This document shows positions 1 to 8,146 of a stretch of 52,558 nucleotides of DNA, piece by piece (within the stretch, counting starts at the first letter, position 1; every line of letters begins with the position of its first letter). The DNA is from Mesotaenium endlicherianum (lineage: Eukaryota), in NCBI GenBank assembly GCA_009602735.1, contig WELA01002708.1, positions 248,001 to 300,558 on the forward strand. Reading direction: 5' to 3'. Position numbers and translations under genes: made by a program. Below the pieces are notes generated by a model that saw only the letters and a program-made list of their open reading frames with translations, did no database searches and had not been told where the DNA came from.

Positions 1-126
1 CTCCTCCTGAAGCCTCTTCCCTCTTTGGATCAGTCGTACAACCAGTAGTATAAACCCAATTAAAAAAACAGCAACAATAAAAGTGACTACTGCTTGAAGA
101 AGGATTTCGGGATTCTCTTTGGACAT
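1..126 (-). CDS. N-terminal fragment of a probable membrane-anchored sensor histidine kinase (runs off the window edge)
   Basis: Not in the ORF track. ATG at 126 reads MSKENPEILLQAVVTFIVAVFLIGFILLVVRLIQRGKRLQEE with no stop: one TM helix followed by a charged, coiled-coil-like start. It overlaps the end of the upstream membrane-protein gene. The kinase call is inferred from context (NarL regulator nearby); no catalytic domain is visible. Confidence 0.55.
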   Translation of the reverse strand, partial: MSKENPEILLQAVVTFIVAVFLIGFILLVVRLIQRGKRLQEE

Positions 127-746
127 AAGCAAGCGATTATCAGGAGTAGATAGTAAAGACTGTTTATATTGAGTAATAAGGTATGCATATTCCTTACAAT
201 TTCCTTTGAGAAATTGCTCAGACTGTTAAGGACGACAACAACTGAAAGAGATCCGGTATAAAAGAAAAGAATCGCAACAGTAACCCAGAAAACAAAATCT
301 TTCGTTAGCGGCTGCAATTCGTCCTTCTCATTTTGAAGGAAATTTTTAACCTTCCACAAACCCACAAAGATCAGCCAAACAGCAGACAGGGCATAGGAAT
401 AGGTGTGAAAAGCTTTATATCCCGTAATAAAAAAAATGTCAGTGATACATATGCCCGCAACGAAAAAGCCGGAAAACAGAATTGACTTTCTTTGTAGACC
501 TGGTTCAGACGTCACGTAAAAAAAAGAAGTATACAGCGCTAATTCAACTATTGAAAGGCAATTGATGAATAAAAGATTATTCCAACTATGCCAGACATAA
601 TAGGTGCCGACGGCTTCTACAAAGAAAGTAAAACACAACAGCATTGAGATTATTACGCGCTCAATCCCTCTACGTTGGAAAGTAGTGTAAACAGCAATAA
701 TCATTGCAGCTAGTAGGATCCACAGATCAGGGTTAATGGAATGCAT
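87..746 (-). CDS. Multi-pass (about 6-7 TM) membrane protein, putative sensor/receptor partner of the kinase
   Basis: Alternating hydrophobic segments, including FWVTVAILFFYTGS. ATG at 746 is preferred over the TTG at 773. Confidence 0.7.
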   Translation of the reverse strand: MHSINPDLWILLAAMIIAVYTTFQRRGIERVIISMLLCFTFFVEAVGTYYVWHSWNNLLFINCLSIVELALYTSFFYVTSEPGLQRKSILFSGFFVAGICITDIFFITGYKAFHTYSYALSAVWLIFVGLWKVKNFLQNEKDELQPLTKDFVFWVTVAILFFYTGSLSVVVVLNSLSNFSKEIVRNMHTLLLNINSLYYLLLIIACLCPKRIPKSFFKQ

Positions 747-797
747 AAAAAGGCCCCGGTTTTGCCGGGGCAAAATTACTCAATTTTAGGGCGGAAA

Positions 798-1301
798 CTA
801 GATAACTTTAATCCCCTTTTCGTCCTCTAAGATGGTCAGTCCAACTCTTTCCATTTCCAGCCCGAAAGGGATGCCTTTCGTACCAAGAGGATCGTTTCCG
901 CCACAAAAGGGAGGACAGGCTGTCCCGTAATTGAATGCCAGAATTTCGGCACCACCTTTATGAGGCACATAGAGGTTTTTATGAAAAAGACCATTTTCAG
1001 TCTTTTTCTCTTTTGTAGCTACCAGAACCACAGTTTGCCTTCCCCGCAGCTCAATATCCCCTTCGAAATCCTCCGGGTAAACACCATAGTAGACCTTAAT
1101 GCCATCCGCCCCGTGCTCGGACGCTAAACGAAGAAACTGTGTGATTTCTTCAATACCGAACCAGGTGCTTAAAGAATCAGGCTTCCCCAAAAATTGGGTG
1201 TTGGCTACCCATCTTTCTTTTTTGTAACGGCTGATAAGTTGGTCAACATGTTTGGTTCCGACCAACCGCCCGTTTTTCTGAAGAACTTGTGCTGTTGTCA
1301 T
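798..1301 (-). CDS. Hypothetical protein with a CPPxC motif
   Basis: 167-aa ORF containing DSLSTWF, GIKVYYGVY, GRQTVVLV and NYGTACPPFC; co-oriented with the membrane-protein and kinase genes. Confidence 0.75.
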   Translation of the reverse strand: MTTAQVLQKNGRLVGTKHVDQLISRYKKERWVANTQFLGKPDSLSTWFGIEEITQFLRLASEHGADGIKVYYGVYPEDFEGDIELRGRQTVVLVATKEKKTENGLFHKNLYVPHKGGAEILAFNYGTACPPFCGGNDPLGTKGIPFGLEMERVGLTILEDEKGIKVI

Positions 1302-1498
1302 TGGAATTAGTTTAGGTGAATAATACCACCAAACTATCCGACGTCATTGTAATAATACAGTTTCAATAATTTATAAAACAATTAATTACACATGTGTTAT
1401 ATATATAATATAATGTATGCCAAGAATTTCCGATTTTCGTGACAAATATTACCCTGTCATTGGAATAAAAAAACAATGCTTCCAGGGATAATAAAATA

Positions 1499-1514
1499 CC
1501 CCCATAAATGGGGG
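1499..1514. promoter_or_regulatory. GC-rich palindrome, candidate operator
   Basis: CCCCCAT-AA-ATGGGGG perfect inverted repeat in an AT-rich intergenic region upstream of the 167-aa gene. It could instead act as a terminator hairpin for the response regulator gene. Confidence 0.35.
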
Positions 1515-1546
1515 CGCAAATAAAAAATAATCGGGGAGGTTAGATC

Positions 1547-2200
1547 TCAATGATAGAATGCGATCATTCCGTTCAGGACTCCGTATAATACCAAAACGGG
1601 ACGGCTGTTAAGGTCAAGCTTTTGAAACAGGCTGTCCCGGTAATTTTCTACCGTTTTGAAACTAACCCCCATTTTCTCAGCTATCTCTTTATAGCTCAAG
1701 TCGGTACTGGCAAGTTGAATAAATTCAACTTCTTTCTTTGTTAAAATACTCTTGCCGTAAAATCCTGTCTTTTTATTAGAATGCTCTCGAAATTGGAAAT
1801 ACTCCTTTTTAACAAGGTCGCCAAGGTAAAAACCATATTTATGCACCGACACGATTGCTTTCTGTATAACGGAAGGATCAGATGACTTATTAATATACCC
1901 GCAGGCACCGTTTACAATCATATTGATGATCATATCCTCTTCGCCGTAAAAAGAGAATACGATAATTTTAATATCCGGATATGACAACAACAATTTCTCC
2001 ATGGTTTGTTGACCGTTCATTACCGGCATTGAAATATCTAAAAGGACAATTTCCGGTATACAGGTACCAGATATTTTTTTTAAAAGTTCTGCTCCGTTAC
2101 TTGCTTCCATTACAATCTGAATTTCATCAGTCGATTCAATCAGCATAGCAATACCCCTTCTGGTTACCGGATGATCATCTACTAAGGCAATCTTAATCAT
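1547..2200 (-). CDS. NarL/FixJ-family response regulator (REC + LuxR HTH)
   Basis: IALVDDH, LLDISMPVMNG, GYINK receiver motifs; LTKKEVEF...KEIAEKMGVSFKTVENYRDSLFQKL HTH. Confidence 0.95.
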   Translation of the reverse strand: MIKIALVDDHPVTRRGIAMLIESTDEIQIVMEASNGAELLKKISGTCIPEIVLLDISMPVMNGQQTMEKLLLSYPDIKIIVFSFYGEEDMIINMIVNGACGYINKSSDPSVIQKAIVSVHKYGFYLGDLVKKEYFQFREHSNKKTGFYGKSILTKKEVEFIQLASTDLSYKEIAEKMGVSFKTVENYRDSLFQKLDLNSRPVLVLYGVLNGMIAFYH

Positions 2201-2562
2201 TGAGCAGCATTGGTTTCACTAAACTAAAATTAAGGCTTTTTTATCTTGTTTTATAGGTCTTTAAAAACGAAGCCTGACTATAAATCTTAATTAAATAACG
2301 AGCGCTTTCGGTCGCCACCTTACAACTCAATAATTACAGAGAAAGTTGTAAACGAGCCGGCTTTTATCTGGGGTGATATTTGATTCCATAAATCATACAT
2401 TATCATTGATAAATAATGCCATCCAGATGGGTTGCTATTTGCAAACAAATTTGAACACGGCACCCATCGATCAAATCAAAAAAGAGTAAATCCAAATTTA
2501 TCTACGAAACTTAGAGCGGAAACCGAAATGTGTAAAAAAATCCTGTTTCACCCACTCCAAAT

Positions 2563-2578
2563 AGGGGGTTTTCCCCCT
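2563..2578. promoter_or_regulatory. GC-rich palindrome upstream of the six-gene operon, candidate operator
   Basis: AGGGGG-TTTT-CCCCCT perfect inverted repeat in the divergent intergenic region 2201-2867. Confidence 0.4.
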
Positions 2579-2867
2579 TGTATCAGTCAAAATTTGATTG
2601 TATTGTTGTATGGCATCAATCATTGCGAAAGAAAGTATGCAACAGATTGACTTCTAATACAAAGTGTAGTACGCTTAAACTAATTTCTAACCATTAGATC
2701 ATCGTTTATCGTGCCACTTTGTTCGGCGCTTTTTGTTTTTTGTCTCCATATCAAATTCTACCCAATGAATAATTCTAAAATAAAAAACTGGCTTCCCGGT
2801 GTTTCTGCTCTCATTTGAAGGGAAGCTTATCGTTCCAATCAAAAACCACAAACATAAAATTCTATTT

Positions 2868-4544
2868 ATGAAATCTCTGCCAACACTAACACCACAACAA
2901 GCTGGTGAGTTACTCGCATTTCAACGTGCTTCGAAACAAAGTGCAACTACTTACCTCAACCCTTCAGATCCCACACATCGAAAATTCATTGAAAGTATGC
3001 TCAATGCTGCCGGCAGAACACCGGCCAATTACCCATACCTCTATAAAGCACTGAACACGGGAGATTCATATAAAGGAGCCCCCGGCGTGGACAATGTACG
3101 CATGGTAGATGCAGGGAAAACTGCTGCCGGAAAAGCTACTGCAACCGTTTGGTCACGATCATCCAACGATAGCCTGATCAAAGGGGGTAATTTAATGGTA
3201 TTCGACAGTGATACCGGTGCACTACTGGCGCAGGGAGAGAATACAGCGGTGAAAAGAGGCTTTCTCGCTTGTCCTGCCAGGAGCGCTACCGCTGCACCGG
3301 CCGGAAAAAACCTTTCTCTTCTGTACATGGGGCACACAACAGATGCCAACGGGTCTACCCGTTTTTACAGTTATACCAATAAAGTTGCGGTAGCGCAGGA
3401 TGGCATCAAAGCTAATATTGCTATGCCTGTGATCCAGCATACAGGCAATGTAAACATTTGGATTGCAGTGGGCAGAGTAGCAGGTTCTCCATTTCCATCC
3501 AATACTGACTATATCTTTATAGAACCTTCCGCCAATGAAAATAATCCATATCTCATTGTTCCTTTTAAAGGTAATGTGGCGCTGAGCGGGCTTATTGACT
3601 TGCCCAGCCTTACCATTGCAGATCTCAGCACCAGTATTTTTGTAAACAATGGGCATGGCTCTACTGTCGAAATCACCAGAGCTACCCAATACACCACAGA
3701 TGCAAAGATGATTGGTGCTTTTTCAGTGGGTACTCCTGCCAATGTTTTGCAGTGGGAATTTCCCTATGATCAAAAGGGTTACCAACAAACAAACTCAATT
3801 GTATACAACTCTACTTCGCTGGGCAACGAAATTGATAGTTATTTCTATTTCGCATTTAATGGCATCCCATTAAAAGGCGGCGCTACTGCACCTCCATTTT
3901 TTGTCTGCAGTAAAAACACACCCGAAGACCCATCTATCAATTGCACGCAGATACCGAACCTGTATTTCTGGTGGCATTGCCTGGCCAAAGGCACATTAGT
4001 AACGCTGGAAGATGGTAGTAAAAAACCAATTGAAGCCATCAATGAAACCTTCAGGGTAAAAACCGGTACTAACGGAAGTAGTTTCGCAGTATGCGCTACC
4101 GCATTAGGGCGACATAGTTCCGATCCGGCAGCAGGCACCCGCAAAGAGATATTCCGGCTCACCACCGCTAATGGTAAAAGCATCACTGCTACCGAGAACC
4201 ACATGGTCTTTATGACGGTGGATAAGTGCAGAAGTATCAGCCATCTTGTTGCGGGTGACAAAGTAATGACCGATGAAGGCATGTCTACGGTAAAAAGCAT
4301 TGAAGCGATTGCTTACAACGATATGTTTTATGCCCTGGCACTGGGCAATGTAAAAGAACAAGCTGAAAAAAGTTTTCCGCACAATATGGCAAACTATTAT
4401 GCCAATGGAATCCTTTGCGGTGATCAGCTGGCAATGCGCCATCATTGCAATGAAGCGCACCATGATCTTGAATACATGCTGCCGCGCATCAAACAGGAAC
4501 TGCATACTGATTATGCATCCGCATTACATCACAAGCGCTTTTAA
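2868..4544 (+). CDS. Hint (Hedgehog/intein) domain protein; unknown N-terminal domain, Hint at about 3978-4424, short C-terminal tail
   Basis: CLAKGTLVTLEDGSKKPIE (block A), ITATENH (block B TxxH), NYYANGILCGD (block G-like, no His-Asn). ATG at 2868 is preferred over the GTG at 2799. Confidence 0.85.
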   Translation: MKSLPTLTPQQAGELLAFQRASKQSATTYLNPSDPTHRKFIESMLNAAGRTPANYPYLYKALNTGDSYKGAPGVDNVRMVDAGKTAAGKATATVWSRSSNDSLIKGGNLMVFDSDTGALLAQGENTAVKRGFLACPARSATAAPAGKNLSLLYMGHTTDANGSTRFYSYTNKVAVAQDGIKANIAMPVIQHTGNVNIWIAVGRVAGSPFPSNTDYIFIEPSANENNPYLIVPFKGNVALSGLIDLPSLTIADLSTSIFVNNGHGSTVEITRATQYTTDAKMIGAFSVGTPANVLQWEFPYDQKGYQQTNSIVYNSTSLGNEIDSYFYFAFNGIPLKGGATAPPFFVCSKNTPEDPSINCTQIPNLYFWWHCLAKGTLVTLEDGSKKPIEAINETFRVKTGTNGSSFAVCATALGRHSSDPAAGTRKEIFRLTTANGKSITATENHMVFMTVDKCRSISHLVAGDKVMTDEGMSTVKSIEAIAYNDMFYALALGNVKEQAEKSFPHNMANYYANGILCGDQLAMRHHCNEAHHDLEYMLPRIKQELHTDYASALHHKRF

Positions 4545-4554
4545 TACCCTACTC

Positions 4555-7500
4555 ATGGCCAACAGTCTTATCAAGAACCTGTTTTATGCCAGCCCCTATT
4601 CCGTTCCACCTCCCGGCGTAGGTACTACTGGTGTAACATTACAGACAGATCCGGCGCAATCGCCCACGCCTGCCGGCGTTACCAACCCCGTGCTGGTGAT
4701 CCGCTTGCGAATGGCGTCAAGCCCGGTGGTTATTGGCATATCTGCTACATCCGGTCCCGGTACAAGTGTAAAGACAGCTATCTATCAGCCGTCTTTTCCT
4801 TTATCCGCCACCGAGTCTTATATGATCGATATCATCTGGGTGCCGTCGGGCACACCGCCTGAAAATATCGACTGGAACAGTGCCATCGCATCTGCACCCG
4901 TAACAGCAGCCGAAGTGATGGTAGATAGCGCCGCTTTCAATGGCACTACGCTTGATGCAACGGTAACCTATGGTGCAAGCAGTGTTGCAGTAGGCGCACA
5001 GGTAAATGTATTCGCCCTATCAGGCGGTGTATATGTGAATATTGGCAGCGCGCAAACTCAGGGTAACAGGTTATCTGTACCTGTTACCACCACCGGGTTT
5101 ACTGCGCCATTCTCTTTCAATGCACAAGCCATTATTCCCACCAGCAATTCGGGAGGCGGTGCTTTTGCACCGCCTTTCAGCATGGGGCCTCCTACCGTGA
5201 TCAGCAATTACACCAGCGTACCACAAGCGGCTAAAACAATTGCTGCAGCTGTTTACAATGGCAAAAGCCTTTCTCTTTCCTGGAACCTCGATACCGTTGC
5301 CGGTTGCGTGAACCCCGATTCCAGCCTCATACAGGTACTTGCCAGCAACCAGGTTGTTGCCAGTTTTAAAGGAGGCCCTGTTTCTGCCAATATTCCGCTG
5401 GATATTTATGGCCAGTCAAACATTACCGTTCAGTTATCTACTGTAGCCAACAATATTGGCAGTACACCTTTGTCCTTCAGCCTGATCACGCAGGCGCCAA
5501 CGGTAACTAATGTTGTTGCTGATAAAACAGCGGGAAAAGTAACGGCAAATATTACAACGACCCCCACAGGTCTTTCCGCACAGGCTTACCTGATGGATGG
5601 AGATATAGTACTTGCCGGTCCTGTTGCACCCACTAGCGGCGTAGTGAGTTTTAGTTATAGTACATCAAAGTACAATGTAGAAGGAATGGTTGGGCTAAGC
5701 GTTGTTGCCAGCAGTGTATCTGCCGATGGAACAGTAACAGGCCCTGCAAGTAAGCCCGCCATTTTACTGGCCACCGCACCTATACTGCAATCCGCCCTCC
5801 TGCGCATCGATCCCGCAAACAACGCACAATGGAGAGCGGATATTGCCTGGAACCGCCTGCCTGATAGCGCTGCCAATGTTACTGCTTATACAGTTTCTGT
5901 TTTACAGGAAACGACTGTTATAGCTACGCAAACCATTTCCGGCACTACTGCCACACTTACGTTTGCCAAAACAGCAATCGACACCACCAAAACACAAACC
6001 ATACAACTCTTTGCTACCGGAATTACCGGCGGTAATAGCCCTGCACAAACTTTGTATGCGCTGTTTGCACCGCCATTGCTGGCTTCATTGGTTACAACAA
6101 AGGGACAAATCGGTATTACCTGGACCGTACCGGCCACGCTTCCGGCAGCCAATACATTGCCGGTAAGCTATCGCTCGATCATTGCATCCGGCGCTGCTAC
6201 TATTTATCGTGGAAACGAAACAACTGCTACACGCAGTGCCATTCAGCTTGCCGCCCTTTCTATTCCGGATACCGGCAACCTGGTGGCAATGGTAAATATT
6301 TCACTTGGACCGGTTACACTTCAGTGTGATCCGTCTATGGCTGCCACCTGTAGCGCCAGTCCGTTATTGACAGCACCCATTATCAACGCAACTACTGCTG
6401 CAGCCACTACCAATATAGCTACACTGAACTGGACCGCTGTTACAGGCGCCAATGCTATTGCCTATAATATCAATTTTACAAAAGGCAATCCGCAAACCAA
6501 TATTCCAACAAACGCTTTTGCATTAACAACAGCGCTTACGCCTGGAGCATTGCTCGGTTATACTGTAAGGGCAACCGGAACTTCAAACGGTGTTCCGGTT
6601 ACAGGGCCTCCTTCTAATGAAGCATGGGTGCCAACGAATATGGCCAATGTTTCCACAGTCCGCTTCACTGGTAGCAATACAACTGTGGAGTGGGAGCAGG
6701 TGCCAGATGCTGTATGCTACTGTATATCGGTATACGACAATGCAACGCCTGCCAACCAAGTGTATACCAATACCACCAGTGCCACCAGCGATTCGTTCAC
6801 TATTACGGCTGCCTCGGGGAAAGAATACACGGCCTATGTACAACCCATCATGAAAAATGGAACAGGTCTTGCCGGAACATCACTTAAACTATTCGCGCCA
6901 GCCTTATTCCTGAGCCAGCAGCCTGCTTCCGCCGCCTATCCATACATTTATCCGGCGCAAAGCATGTCGGTACTCGGTTCTGCAACCACAGGCCCTACGG
7001 CACAGGCCATTGTATTGTATTTACCCGAACTGGGTGCTGCATCCGGAGCACTGGGTACCACACCGATTGAAGTAGCGCCTTTCAAGATTGAACCTTCAGG
7101 AAATACTGCCTTACCCTATAAGCTAACCATTGCAGCAGATCCATTGGCCTGGACATTCAATACCACGGCTATCCGTGCCGCTCTGCAACAGGCCTATGTC
7201 AATTTCCTGAAGAATATTGAAACGCCTCCTGGGGGCACACTTGCCGGCGCCACGCCGTTTGGTATTTCACTCGTACAGTTGGCCATCGCCTGTTCATTAC
7301 CACAGACTTTTGCAGAACAACTCTATTACAATTTCGGATTCTCTACAGTTTCCACTGTGGGGTCGGGTTATGTAGACCTCAGGCCGGGCATGGTGTTGCG
7401 GGTAGCTGCAAGCGACTACATTGGCATTGCGCAAAGCGGACTGCCTTCCTGGATCAACGGTTATGCGGGCGCTACCATTCTCGATTTTGAAATAGGCAGC

Positions 7501-8139
7501 TATCTGTCGGGCACTAACTGGCGTACAGGGTTCGATGCATTTTTAAATACACTTACTTCGCAGGGCTCTCTTACCGTTTCATCACCGGCTGCCTCTACGG
7601 GTTCCGTTCAGGCCGGCCTTGCCGGGGCGGTTGACTTGTATTATCCGCAATTCATTCAACCTTTCTATCGCCTGTATTTCCCATCTGCCATCAGTAGTCC
7701 ATGGGGCAATGGATCAAATCTCACAGGATCGAATTTTACATTAGTAGCAGCGGGTAAATACAGCAGTTTGCAAAGCACAACAGTTGATCCGTCCAATAAC
7801 CCTACAGCGTATTTCCGCGGCAGAGCTATTGTAGAAGTGATGATCAAAGTATTGGTCAACGGAAGCGAAAGACTTGTACCCATCGGTACCAGCCTGGGCA
7901 ACCTGCTGGAGCAATTAGGCTTACGACCAGCATCTACATCACCGATATTGAAGCAACTTCGCGTTTATCGTTCCATCGTACCGGCAATTACCAGTACAAC
8001 TACTGCAACAGCATTGGGACCTCAACTGGAATTGTGTGTTGACTGGAATGGTTTGGCAGTATATGGAACAGGTAATGGGTTGAATGCCATGTCGGTTCCA
8101 TTAATGCCTGGCGACCAGGTTATCACAAATAAATATTAA
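4555..8139 (+). CDS. Large Thr/Ala/Ser-rich protein with FN3/Ig-like repeats and a C-terminal ThiS-like beta-grasp domain
   Basis: Recurring FN3-like W/Y patterns (LSLSWN, ADIAWN, IGITWT, ATLNWT...YTVRATG, TVEWE...YTAYVQP). C-terminus reads MIKVLVNGSERLVPIGTSLGNLLEQLG...LMPGDQVI. ATG at 4555 lies 10 nt after the upstream stop. Confidence 0.7.
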   Translation: MANSLIKNLFYASPYSVPPPGVGTTGVTLQTDPAQSPTPAGVTNPVLVIRLRMASSPVVIGISATSGPGTSVKTAIYQPSFPLSATESYMIDIIWVPSGTPPENIDWNSAIASAPVTAAEVMVDSAAFNGTTLDATVTYGASSVAVGAQVNVFALSGGVYVNIGSAQTQGNRLSVPVTTTGFTAPFSFNAQAIIPTSNSGGGAFAPPFSMGPPTVISNYTSVPQAAKTIAAAVYNGKSLSLSWNLDTVAGCVNPDSSLIQVLASNQVVASFKGGPVSANIPLDIYGQSNITVQLSTVANNIGSTPLSFSLITQAPTVTNVVADKTAGKVTANITTTPTGLSAQAYLMDGDIVLAGPVAPTSGVVSFSYSTSKYNVEGMVGLSVVASSVSADGTVTGPASKPAILLATAPILQSALLRIDPANNAQWRADIAWNRLPDSAANVTAYTVSVLQETTVIATQTISGTTATLTFAKTAIDTTKTQTIQLFATGITGGNSPAQTLYALFAPPLLASLVTTKGQIGITWTVPATLPAANTLPVSYRSIIASGAATIYRGNETTATRSAIQLAALSIPDTGNLVAMVNISLGPVTLQCDPSMAATCSASPLLTAPIINATTAAATTNIATLNWTAVTGANAIAYNINFTKGNPQTNIPTNAFALTTALTPGALLGYTVRATGTSNGVPVTGPPSNEAWVPTNMANVSTVRFTGSNTTVEWEQVPDAVCYCISVYDNATPANQVYTNTTSATSDSFTITAASGKEYTAYVQPIMKNGTGLAGTSLKLFAPALFLSQQPASAAYPYIYPAQSMSVLGSATTGPTAQAIVLYLPELGAASGALGTTPIEVAPFKIEPSGNTALPYKLTIAADPLAWTFNTTAIRAALQQAYVNFLKNIETPPGGTLAGATPFGISLVQLAIACSLPQTFAEQLYYNFGFSTVSTVGSGYVDLRPGMVLRVAASDYIGIAQSGLPSWINGYAGATILDFEIGSYLSGTNWRTGFDAFLNTLTSQGSLTVSSPAASTGSVQAGLAGAVDLYYPQFIQPFYRLYFPSAISSPWGNGSNLTGSNFTLVAAGKYSSLQSTTVDPSNNPTAYFRGRAIVEVMIKVLVNGSERLVPIGTSLGNLLEQLGLRPASTSPILKQLRVYRSIVPAITSTTTATALGPQLELCVDWNGLAVYGTGNGLNAMSVPLMPGDQVITNKY

Positions 8140-8146
8140 CCCATTC

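Noticed and set aside
2432..2650. 72-aa ORF in the divergent promoter region
   Set aside because: TTG start, no motif, and it overlaps the candidate operator; probably non-coding.
3978..4424. Canonical splicing intein with homing endonuclease
   Set aside because: No terminal His-Asn followed by Cys/Ser/Thr, no LAGLIDADG insert, and the host is not a conserved housekeeping protein.
4399..4554. N-terminal extension of the 1246-aa ORF overlapping the Hint gene
   Set aside because: The Cys/Met-rich reading looks non-coding; ATG 4555, 10 nt after the upstream stop, is the better start. Similar over-extended starts were trimmed for GT4, lepA, tpiA, the GlmU-like gene and the lipoprotein.
7840..8139. 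Stand-alone thiS gene
   Set aside because: In frame with the large upstream ORF, no C-terminal GG, and no thi or moa genes nearby.
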